Virus record (IMG/VR): IMGVR_UViG_3300012953_000084
Span: 1 to 36,409 of that record
Strand: one strand, 5' to 3'
DNA: 36,409 bases
DNA from: a virus
Taxonomy: Duplodnaviria > Caudoviricetes
Of the stretch, positions 8,113 to 15,836 are shown one piece after another; the stretch's first letter is position 1; the number at the start of each line of letters is the position of its first letter. The translations under genes and the position numbers were made by a program. The notes below the pieces were generated by a model. It was given only the letters and a program-made list of their open reading frames with translations, made no database searches and was not told the DNA's origin.

Positions 8113-8269
8113 GTGGTTTAAAAAAGCTTGGAATATACTAAATGGCTCAGACAAGAACTGGGACGGAACTGTAGATATTCACGATAAAATGATAGCCGCT
8201 GAAGAAAAATCAAAGACCTTTGCAGAAGTTAAAGCAGAAGCACAGGCAAAGCAAGAAAAGGAGAAATAA
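8105..8269 (+). CDS. 54 aa protein with EF-hand/dockerin-like loop; not in ORF track
   Basis: MTKWFKKAWNILNGSDKNWDGTVDIHDKM...; the stop abuts the next ATG. Confidence 0.7.
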   Translation: MTKWFKKAWNILNGSDKNWDGTVDIHDKMIAAEEKSKTFAEVKAEAQAKQEKEK

Positions 8270-8536
8270 ATGGGAGCTATAAAATTGCTCGGAACTCAAG
8301 CCGCATGTGGTACCAGTGTAGGTGCTGCATCTACATTTGATGGATCTGTCAATGTAAGGTTGGTTAACTCAGGCACTACTGTTAGACTGGTTACTGTTGC
8401 AAATGCAGCTGACGCCACGCTAGGAACTTGCTCATTGGCAGGCGGAGAAACCATAATTCTTAAGAAAGGGAGTACTGATCAAGTATTTGCTGCACATGCA
8501 GAGATACTAGGAGTTCCTGTTCTAACAGAAGGATAG
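8270..8536 (+). CDS. small beta-rich hypothetical protein, possibly a virion component
   Basis: SD AAGGAG; A/G/T/V-rich composition typical of structural proteins. Confidence 0.6.
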   Translation: MGAIKLLGTQAACGTSVGAASTFDGSVNVRLVNSGTTVRLVTVANAADATLGTCSLAGGETIILKKGSTDQVFAAHAEILGVPVLTEG

Positions 8537-8688
8537 TGGCAAGAAAGAAACTAAGAAATACTCGCGGAACTACGAAAGGACGTTCAGCATATCAGAAGTA
8601 TTTAAAATCAAGGGTAGCATCAAATAAAAGGACTAAGTACCAAAAGTACAAAAAGTCTAGGGCCCAGAGACTGGGCAAAAGGAGTTAA
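8536..8688 (+). CDS. basic micro-protein, 50 aa (MARKKLRNTRGTTKGRSAYQKYLKSR...); not in ORF track
   Basis: GTG start overlapping the upstream TAG; open to TAA 8686-8688; K/R-rich. Confidence 0.6.
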   Translation: MARKKLRNTRGTTKGRSAYQKYLKSRVASNKRTKYQKYKKSRAQRLGKRS

Positions 8689-8690
8689 CT

Positions 8691-8798
8691 ATGCCAAGTG
8701 GTAAAGGAACTTACGGAAGTAAACGTGGAAGACCTAAGAAAACAGGTAAAAAACGTGGTGGTAAAAAGAAAAAGGGTATGAGGCACCATGGCTGTTAA
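8691..8798 (+). CDS. basic micro-protein, 35 aa, with AT-hook-like KRGRPKK; not in ORF track
   Basis: SD AAGGAG; MPSGKGTYGSKRGRPKKTGKKRGGKKKKGMRHHGC. Confidence 0.7.
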   Translation: MPSGKGTYGSKRGRPKKTGKKRGGKKKKGMRHHGC

Positions 8799-8973
8799 GA
8801 GGCGTAAACGCAAAGCTTCAGCCAAAAAACGAAACGTACCTACCAATAAAAAGCTATATGCTAGAGTAAAAGCAAAAACTAAAAGAAAGTTTGCAGTTTA
8901 TCCTAGTGCATATGCCAATGCTTATCTTGTAAGGGAGTACAAGAAAGCAGGTGGGAGGTATCGTCGTGGCTAG
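8788..8973 (+). CDS. basic protein (resembles the N-half of DUF5872-type viral proteins)
   Basis: PTNKKLYARVKAKTKRKFAVYPSAYANAYLVREYKKAGGRY. Confidence 0.7.
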   Translation: MAVKRRKRKASAKKRNVPTNKKLYARVKAKTKRKFAVYPSAYANAYLVREYKKAGGRYRRG

Positions 8974-9250
8974 AGGTGGTTTAGGCAAATGGTTTAAACA
9001 GAACTGGGTAGACATTTCTCGACCTAAGAAGGGTGGAGGCTATAAGAAATGTGGCAGACCTAAAGCAGGAAAGGGTAAATACCCTAAATGTGTTCCTGCT
9101 TCAAAAGCAAGACGAATGTCGAAGAGTCAAATTCGATCAGCAGTTACTCGAAAGAGAGCTAAGAAGCAAGGAGTAGGAGGTAAGCCAACCTACGTAAAAA
9201 CTATAGCAAAGAGAGGAAGGAGACGTAGACGTGCCCGTAAGAAAGGTTAA
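8966..9250 (+). CDS. basic protein (resembles the C-half of DUF5872-type viral proteins)
   Basis: GTG 8966 after GGAGG; GLGKWFKQNWVDI...CGR...YPKCVP; Arg-rich tail. Confidence 0.7.
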   Translation: MARGGLGKWFKQNWVDISRPKKGGGYKKCGRPKAGKGKYPKCVPASKARRMSKSQIRSAVTRKRAKKQGVGGKPTYVKTIAKRGRRRRRARKKG

Positions 9251-9383
9251 AGGCGGATATCGTTGGGGTAAATCAGGTAAGGTTTACAAAACAAAAAAGG
9301 CAGCAGAGCGCCAAGGTAGAGCAATCTACGCATCGGGGTACAGAAATGGCAGTAAGAAAAAGAGGGCGAAAAAAAGACTCTAG
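9231..9383 (+). CDS. basic micro-protein, 50 aa (MPVRKVKGGYRWGKSGKVYKTKKAAERQGRAIYASGY...); not in ORF track
   Basis: SD AAGGAG 9217-9222, GTG 9231, TAG 9381-9383; fills the gap between two track ORFs. Confidence 0.7.
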   Translation: MPVRKVKGGYRWGKSGKVYKTKKAAERQGRAIYASGYRNGSKKKRAKKRL

Positions 9384-9651
9384 ACTTAAAAGGGCAGGAG
9401 TACGAGGTTATAATAAACCAAAAAGAACTCCAGGACACCCGAAGAAGTCGCATATTGTAGTAGCGAAATCTGGAAAGAAAGTTAAAACTATCCGTTTCGG
9501 TCAGCAAGGTGCAAAAACAGCGGGCAAACCTAAAAGAGGTGAGTCAGCTAGAATGAAGAGAAAAAGAGCTTCATTCAAAGCAAGACATAGAAGAAACATC
9601 AAAAAAGGAAAAATGTCCGCAGCATATTGGGCAAATAAAGTAAAATGGTAG
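9346..9651 (+). CDS. basic viral protein (IRFGQQG...SFKARH...SAAYWANKVKW family)
   Basis: K/R-rich, with a conserved-looking aromatic C-terminal motif. Confidence 0.75.
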   Translation: MAVRKRGRKKDSRLKRAGVRGYNKPKRTPGHPKKSHIVVAKSGKKVKTIRFGQQGAKTAGKPKRGESARMKRKRASFKARHRRNIKKGKMSAAYWANKVKW

Positions 9652-9872
9652 AAGATATAGATTTAAGATATTTAGATGAGAGCTGGCTGAAAAATCTTTC
9701 AGATGCAGCAACACAAGTATTAGATAAAGTAGACAAAGAAGCATCTAAGACAGGTCAGCTCAACGCTGATAACTTACAGATGGCATCACTCTGTGGTGGC
9801 TTTCTATACCTCTATCATCTCGCCCAATCACATCAAATTATTCATTCATTAGATAACACAACAGTACATTGA
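9645..9872 (+). CDS. hypothetical protein upstream of terL
   Basis: 75 aa ORF overlapping both neighbours. Confidence 0.6.
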   Translation: MVEDIDLRYLDESWLKNLSDAATQVLDKVDKEASKTGQLNADNLQMASLCGGFLYLYHLAQSHQIIHSLDNTTVH

Positions 9873-11173
9873 CTTTAGAAATCAGTCGCAAAGACGTAGA
9901 GGGAACTGAATTAACCTCTTACACATCAGAAGATAGGTTTATCAAACTTCCTATAGAACCCTACATGGAACTATTGGGGGTTACTCCTATCGCATCACAA
10001 CTAGCAATTATAAATGCTATCAACAACCCTAAGTATCGTTTTGTATGCGGAGCAGTATCAAGACGTCAGGGAAAAACTTATATTTCAAACATAATCGGAC
10101 AGCTTACAGCGCTTGTTCCGAACACGCACATATTAATTATGTCACCTAACTACTCTTTGTCTCAGATATCATTTGACTTACAAAGACAACTTATTCGACA
10201 CTTCGATTTAGAAGTTACAAAAGACAACGCAAAAGACAGAGTTATAGAACTATCAAACGGTTCTACAGTTCGTATGGGGTCAATCAATCAAGTAGACTCT
10301 TGTGTTGGTAGATCATATGATCTAATTATTTTTGACGAAGCAGCACTTGTTGATGGTAGAGATGCCTTCAATGTAGCACTACGTCCTACGCTAGATAAAG
10401 ATAACTCCAAAGCAATTTTTATATCTACACCTCGTGGTAGAAATAATTGGTTTGCGGACTTCTTCTATCGTGGCTTCTCAGATGAATTTGCAGAATGGTG
10501 TTCAATAAGAGCAACATATCATGAGAATCCAAGATTTAGTGAAGAAGATATTGTAGAAGCTAAAAAGTCTATGTCTGGAGCAGAGTTTGCTCAGGAATAC
10601 ATGGCTGACTTTAATACTTATGAAGGACAGATATGGTCATTTGACTATGAGAAATGTGTAGCAGACCTGAGCGAATTAGATACTAGTAAAATGGATGTTA
10701 TTGCAGGACTGGACGTGGGGTACAAAGACCCTACAGCTTTGTGTGTTATTGCATACGACTGGGACTCAGGCAACTTTTATGTATTAGACGAGTATCTAGA
10801 CTCAGAAAGAACAACAGAACAACACGCAATGCAGATACGTGCCTTACAAGATAAGCATGATATTGATTGGATATACATTGACTCGGCAGCACAACAAACA
10901 AGATTTGACTTTGCACAGAACTATGATGTAACTACGATTAATGCAAAGAAATCTGTTCTTGACGGAATAGGTGAAGTGGCAAGTATAGTCGATAACAATA
11001 AACTTATAGTTGATCAAAAGTGCTTTCACACACTCGAATGTTTAGACCAGTACCAGTGGGATCCAAATCCGAATCTTATGAAAGAGAAGCCAAAACATGA
11101 TAGATTCTCTCACATGTCGGACGCTCTGAGATATGCGCTGTACACTTTCGAGACATCAGCAACAACTTTTTAA
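9869..11173 (+). CDS. terL: terminase large subunit (T5-like)
   Basis: Walker A SRRQGKT, Walker B LIIFDEAA, ISTPRG, nuclease GLDVG and DALRYA; TTG start overlapping the upstream stop. Confidence 0.95.
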   Translation: MTLEISRKDVEGTELTSYTSEDRFIKLPIEPYMELLGVTPIASQLAIINAINNPKYRFVCGAVSRRQGKTYISNIIGQLTALVPNTHILIMSPNYSLSQISFDLQRQLIRHFDLEVTKDNAKDRVIELSNGSTVRMGSINQVDSCVGRSYDLIIFDEAALVDGRDAFNVALRPTLDKDNSKAIFISTPRGRNNWFADFFYRGFSDEFAEWCSIRATYHENPRFSEEDIVEAKKSMSGAEFAQEYMADFNTYEGQIWSFDYEKCVADLSELDTSKMDVIAGLDVGYKDPTALCVIAYDWDSGNFYVLDEYLDSERTTEQHAMQIRALQDKHDIDWIYIDSAAQQTRFDFAQNYDVTTINAKKSVLDGIGEVASIVDNNKLIVDQKCFHTLECLDQYQWDPNPNLMKEKPKHDRFSHMSDALRYALYTFETSATTF

Positions 11174-11189
11174 ATTAAGCAGACCTACG

Positions 11190-11230
11190 AAAAAATGTTT
11201 CTTGACTTTTTCGTGGTATTTTAGTATAAT
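11190..11230 (+). promoter_or_regulatory. sigma70-type promoter P2 (head/tail operon)
   Basis: TTGACT 11202-11207, 17 bp spacer, TATAAT 11225-11230, upstream A-tract. Confidence 0.88.
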
Positions 11231-11250
11231 ACAAGATAAGAGAAAAATAA

Positions 11251-11622
11251 ATGAATCTTAAGCGAGACTTAGTCAAATACGTTAGAGACAAAGCAAAGTC
11301 AAAATACGACAAGGGAACGGAATGTCAAATTTGCGGAAGTACGGAAAATCTGGACTTTCATCACTTCTACGGAATGACGGAACTACTAGATAAGTGGCTA
11401 AGAGAGAACAAATTGATCATTGATACCGCTGAAGAAATAATGGAAGTTAGAGATACGTTTATAGAGCAGCATATCGCAGAACTATACGAAGAGGCTGTAA
11501 CTCTTTGTCATAATCATCATTTAAGATTACATTCCATTTATGGAAAAAGACCCAAATTATTCACAGCCCAAAAACAAAAACGTTGGGTACTAAAACAAAG
11601 AGAAAAACATGGCATGGTATGA
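11251..11622 (+). CDS. HNH endonuclease (T5-like nicking/packaging-associated)
   Basis: CQICG...LDFHH...VTLCHNHHLRLH; lies between terL and portal as in T5. Confidence 0.85.
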   Translation: MNLKRDLVKYVRDKAKSKYDKGTECQICGSTENLDFHHFYGMTELLDKWLRENKLIIDTAEEIMEVRDTFIEQHIAELYEEAVTLCHNHHLRLHSIYGKRPKLFTAQKQKRWVLKQREKHGMV

Positions 11623-12832
11623 CCGACTACTAGGTAGACAAACACAGATCTATAGCGACGAAGAAAAGAACAATCCTGCTCAATACCTAATCGGTAGAGA
11701 GGAGGGATTGACCGTTGAATCTAGGGAAGTTGTCACTAGGTATCGTGATGCTTACGAGAAACTCGAAGTAGTAAACCGTGCAGTAAATATTGTTGTAGAT
11801 GACGTTGCAGAGATTCCAATGGATGTCGGACCTAAAGTCACAGGACTTAGTCCAGTAGTTAAAAACATTAGAAAAGTTACTGTTAATAACTTACTAAACG
11901 TGCAACCTAACCCATTTCAAGACATAAATACATTTAAAAGAAATCTGATAATTGATTTATTAATTGATGGAAACATATTTATTTATTTTGACGGAAACGG
12001 CATGTATCACTTACCTGCTGAAAACGTTACAATTGAGACAGACGAACAGACATATGTGAGCAAGTATACGTACGATGGAATTATCGACTACTCACCAAGT
12101 GAAATCATACACGTAAAGGAAAACTCCTTTAACTCTATTTATAGAGGTGTACCAAGACTAAAACCTGCATACAGAACGATGCAACTTTTAGCAAGTATGA
12201 GAAACTTTCAGGACAACTTCTTTAAGAATGGAGCAGTCCCAGGACTAGTACTAAAAAGTCCGAATACACTAAGTGAGAAGATAAAAGAACGTATGCTAGC
12301 TGCTTGGAGAGCCCGTTACAACCCGAGCACAGGAGGGAGACGACCTCTAATTTTAGATGGTGGTTTAGAAATAGATAATTTAACGGAGGTAAACTTTAAA
12401 GATTTAGACTTCCAAGCAGCTATTGAGGCAAACGAAAAGATTATACTACAGGCAATAGGCGTACCGCCATTGCTATTGGATAGTGGGAACAATGCAAATA
12501 TTCGACCTAACCATAGGCTATACTACTTAGAAACAGTACTACCTATAGTTCGAAAAATAAACTTTGCATTTGAGCGTTTCTTTGGATTCGACCTTTCAGA
12601 AGATGTGAGCAATATACCTGCTCTACAGCCCGAACTGAAAGACTCGGCAGCATATTACAGTACTTTAGTTAATACTGGAATTATGACTCCAAACGAGGTC
12701 AGAGAAGCAATGAGAATGGAGCCGTTAGAAGGGCATGACGACTTAAGAGTGCCTGCTAATATTGCAGGCTCAGCAGCGAATCCATCGGAAGGTGGTAGAC
12801 CTGCAGAAGAGGAAGAAAATAATGGCGAATAA
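11609..12832 (+). CDS. portal protein (HK97/T5 pb7 family)
   Basis: PNPFQ, LLIDGNIF, EIIHVK, FFKNGAVPGLVL, GVPPLLL, GIMTPNEVR. Confidence 0.93.
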   Translation: MAWYDRLLGRQTQIYSDEEKNNPAQYLIGREEGLTVESREVVTRYRDAYEKLEVVNRAVNIVVDDVAEIPMDVGPKVTGLSPVVKNIRKVTVNNLLNVQPNPFQDINTFKRNLIIDLLIDGNIFIYFDGNGMYHLPAENVTIETDEQTYVSKYTYDGIIDYSPSEIIHVKENSFNSIYRGVPRLKPAYRTMQLLASMRNFQDNFFKNGAVPGLVLKSPNTLSEKIKERMLAAWRARYNPSTGGRRPLILDGGLEIDNLTEVNFKDLDFQAAIEANEKIILQAIGVPPLLLDSGNNANIRPNHRLYYLETVLPIVRKINFAFERFFGFDLSEDVSNIPALQPELKDSAAYYSTLVNTGIMTPNEVREAMRMEPLEGHDDLRVPANIAGSAANPSEGGRPAEEEENNGE

Positions 12833-13106
12833 AAAACAAGTGTTAAAACAACTAGCTGATTATTTTGCGAAAAAAGGGAAAATAATGACACCTGCAGAAT
12901 ATAAAGCTGCAGATGACGCACCCATGAGATTTACTATTGCCAAGCGCCCTTTCGGGTCTTGGGGAAGAGTAGGTTCTATGATTAAAACTAATTTTCCTGA
13001 GCAATGGGAAAAGGCTAATCCTTCTGAAGAAGAACCAGTCGCTCCAAAAGTTGCTAAAGCGCCCAAAAAAGCTGCGACGCCTAAAAAGGCAGATGCAAAG
13101 AAATAA
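12822..13106 (+). CDS. small protein with Lys/Ala/Pro-rich tail
   Basis: Likely ATG 12822; MTPAEY...KRPFGSW core; C-terminal APKVAKAPKKAATPKKADAKK. Confidence 0.7.
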   Translation: MANKKQVLKQLADYFAKKGKIMTPAEYKAADDAPMRFTIAKRPFGSWGRVGSMIKTNFPEQWEKANPSEEEPVAPKVAKAPKKAATPKKADAKK

Positions 13107-13117
13107 GGGGAATAATT

Positions 13118-15136
13118 ATGCAAAAGATTTTTAATTTAACATCAACTTTCAAATCCGTTGAACCCAACGAAGATGGAAGTGTCAATATCAAAGGATATGC
13201 CAGCACTAACGACACAGATCGTGCAGGAGATGTTATTAATAAAGAAGCATGGGAAAAAGGAGGATTGGAGAATTTTGGAAATAATCCAATTATACTTTTT
13301 AACCATGATTACAATAGACCTATCGGCAGAGCCACCTCATTAGAGACTGACGAAAAGGGACTAAAGATTACAGCAAACCTGTCAAAAAGTGCTGGTGATG
13401 TAACAAATTTAGTGAAAGAGGGTATTCTGAGAGCATTCAGTGTCGGTTTCCGCGTCAAAGACGCAGATTATATGGAAAGCGGCGATGGGTACTTGATTAA
13501 AGATGCGGAGTTGTTTGAAGTAAGCGTGGTATCCGTACCCGCCAACCAAGCAGCCACCTTCTCTGTGGCGAAGTCTTTTGATACTCAATCAGAATATGAT
13601 GAGTGGAAAAAGCAATTTGTCAAACCAACCGAGGCTACTAAACAGCCTCAAGATAACACAGACATAACGTCTGTCTTCAAGGAAAAAATAATGTCAGAAA
13701 ATAAAGACTTTAATCTTGAAGAGTTTGCAAAGAACGTTGCTAAAGAAACAGCTGCAACTATTGCGATGCAACAAGCAGATGCTAAAGCGAAAGCTATAGC
13801 GGAAGAAAAAGCCGTCGCAGAGAAAGAAGTTGAAGAAAAAGCAATCGAAGATGCTAAACTCGAAGAAAAGAAAGCTGAAGTATCAGCTATTATCGAAGCA
13901 GGAACATCTGGAGCAGAAGCATTAGTTTCTGACCTAGAGAAACGCATTGATAGTCAATACTCTAACGTTGAAGAAGTTGTAGAAGGCCTAAAAGCTGAAC
14001 TACAAGAGAAATCTGAAGAAATCCAACAAATCAGAGAATCCAAAAGAATCTTTGGTGAAAGACAGAAGGGCGGAAGCCTTGATTCATTCACTAGTGATCT
14101 AGAGGATATATGGTTACTTGGAAAAGCTACAGGTAAAGGGCTTAATACTAAGCACGCTATAGCTACAATGGAAAAAGTTAATGCCATGTCAGGTATTGAC
14201 GTTTCATCTGCAGATTTTGAGCAAACTGTTTCAACTAACATTGAAAGAGACATACAGAACGAATTAGTACTAGCTCCTCTATTTAGGGAAATAGCTATGA
14301 ATTCTGCAACTCAAATATTACCAATCCTACCAGATGCTGGCTACGCTGAATTTACAGGTAACCAAACAGCTTCAGGATCTGCACCTCATGGTAACTTAGA
14401 CCCAAGAGGGGATGCATACGATCCTGCGAATGGTGCTGGTATAGTAATGACTGAAAGAACTCTTTCAACCAAAAAACTGATCTCTCAATCATACCTAGGC
14501 AACGAAACTGAAGAAGATGCAATTATGCCAATTCTTCCATTAATTCGTGAGTCTATGATCAGATCTCATGCCAGAGGCATTGAGAATGCAATACTTGCTG
14601 GTGATGACGCTGATGGCGTTTACGGCACAAGTGGAGCAGCGTTTGAAGGTCTTTTGCACTTAGCAAGAAACGATTCAGACTTAACACAGACTTCAACAGC
14701 ATTTGCATCAGATGCTCTTACAGCGCTACAACTATTAGCTGCTAGAAAGAACATGGGCAAATACGGCTTAAAGGCTGAAGACGTAATTTACGTTGTATCT
14801 CAAAGAGGATACTTCGAGTTACTAGAAGATGCTGAATTCCAAGATGTAAACTTAGTGGGCGATATGGCTACTAAAATATCTGGGGAAATCGGAACAGTAT
14901 TTGGATCTAAAGTAATTGTATGTGACGAGTTCGCTACACCTGCTGTATCTAAATTCCACGCCGTTGCAGTATATCCTAGAAACTACGTTATGCCAAGATT
15001 ACGTGGAATGACCGTTGAGTCAGACTACGAAGTTGCGGCTCAAAGAAGAGTACTAGTTGCTTCTCAAAGAATTGGCTTCACCGATCTAATCGATGCTGCT
15101 ACTTCTAAGTGGGCATTACAGTACAAAGCTTCTTAA
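13118..15136 (+). CDS. prohead protease-scaffold-major capsid protein fusion (HK97 fold)
   Basis: N-terminal HK97 protease motifs (IKGYAST, DRAGD, LFNHD, AFSVGF, LFEVSVVSVPAN); coiled-coil delta domain; capsid domain (IENAILAGD, GEIGTVFGSKVIV). Confidence 0.93.
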   Translation: MQKIFNLTSTFKSVEPNEDGSVNIKGYASTNDTDRAGDVINKEAWEKGGLENFGNNPIILFNHDYNRPIGRATSLETDEKGLKITANLSKSAGDVTNLVKEGILRAFSVGFRVKDADYMESGDGYLIKDAELFEVSVVSVPANQAATFSVAKSFDTQSEYDEWKKQFVKPTEATKQPQDNTDITSVFKEKIMSENKDFNLEEFAKNVAKETAATIAMQQADAKAKAIAEEKAVAEKEVEEKAIEDAKLEEKKAEVSAIIEAGTSGAEALVSDLEKRIDSQYSNVEEVVEGLKAELQEKSEEIQQIRESKRIFGERQKGGSLDSFTSDLEDIWLLGKATGKGLNTKHAIATMEKVNAMSGIDVSSADFEQTVSTNIERDIQNELVLAPLFREIAMNSATQILPILPDAGYAEFTGNQTASGSAPHGNLDPRGDAYDPANGAGIVMTERTLSTKKLISQSYLGNETEEDAIMPILPLIRESMIRSHARGIENAILAGDDADGVYGTSGAAFEGLLHLARNDSDLTQTSTAFASDALTALQLLAARKNMGKYGLKAEDVIYVVSQRGYFELLEDAEFQDVNLVGDMATKISGEIGTVFGSKVIVCDEFATPAVSKFHAVAVYPRNYVMPRLRGMTVESDYEVAAQRRVLVASQRIGFTDLIDAATSKWALQYKAS

Positions 15137-15140
15137 TTAA

Positions 15141-15215
15141 TTTACACCGCGCTACGCGGGTATAAAGAAATATGCTGGGTGACTTGGGGGAGTAAAGGCT
15201 CCTCCAAGTTTCACC
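15141..15215 (+). terminator. two tandem hairpins after the capsid gene (terminator or mRNA-stabilising element)
   Basis: CCGCG-cta-CGCGG 15147-15159; GACTTGGGGGAG-taaagg-CTCCTCCAAGTT 15181-15210; only a short U-run follows. Confidence 0.6.
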
Positions 15216-15236
15216 TCACTTATTAAAGGACACAAA

Positions 15237-15836
15237 ATGGCAAACCTAGTTACTACAAGAGACTACAAAAATTACAAACAGATGGATCATAACAAGGACG
15301 ATGCAAAGATCGATACCTTGGTTTCTTCTGTGAGTCAAATGGTTAAAACATATTGTGGACACTCTATCATTGATTATTACTCTGCTACTAAAACAGAAAT
15401 ATTTGATGTCGAGGATAAACTCACTTCGGAGGTTTTTGTCACAGAATCTCCACTCACTAGTGTTACTTCCGTGCAAGAACGAAGCTCAATAGCTGATAGT
15501 TACGAGACTCTAACCAACAATACGCATTACTATGTAGATACAGAACATGATCGTATTAGAAGGATAGATGGTAGTACAGGTATCGATTATTGGCCTCAAG
15601 GGTTCGGAGCAGTAAAAGTAGTATATAACGCAGGATATTCGGCTGTACCAGCTGATTTAAAACTTGCAGTATATGATTTAATTACATACTACTTAAAAGA
15701 AGAATATAAGACACAACGTTCAATCGCTGGAACCACCCTAAGAAATGAAGGTAGTACTTCAATCAGAAATGATATAGGTTTTCCAGATCACATCAAACGA
15801 GTACTAGACCTTTATAAAATTATAGATATAGTATAA
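15237..15836 (+). CDS. head completion / head-tail adaptor (T5 p144-like)
   Basis: VSQMVKTYC, VVYNAGY...PADLKLAVYDLITYY, FPDHIKRVLDLY; follows the capsid gene. Confidence 0.85.
   Translation: MANLVTTRDYKNYKQMDHNKDDAKIDTLVSSVSQMVKTYCGHSIIDYYSATKTEIFDVEDKLTSEVFVTESPLTSVTSVQERSSIADSYETLTNNTHYYVDTEHDRIRRIDGSTGIDYWPQGFGAVKVVYNAGYSAVPADLKLAVYDLITYYLKEEYKTQRSIAGTTLRNEGSTSIRNDIGFPDHIKRVLDLYKIIDIV

Noticed and set aside
9645-9872. Candidate terminase small subunit
   Set aside because: Position fits, but it is only 75 aa with no HTH or other TerS feature I can recognise; left as hypothetical
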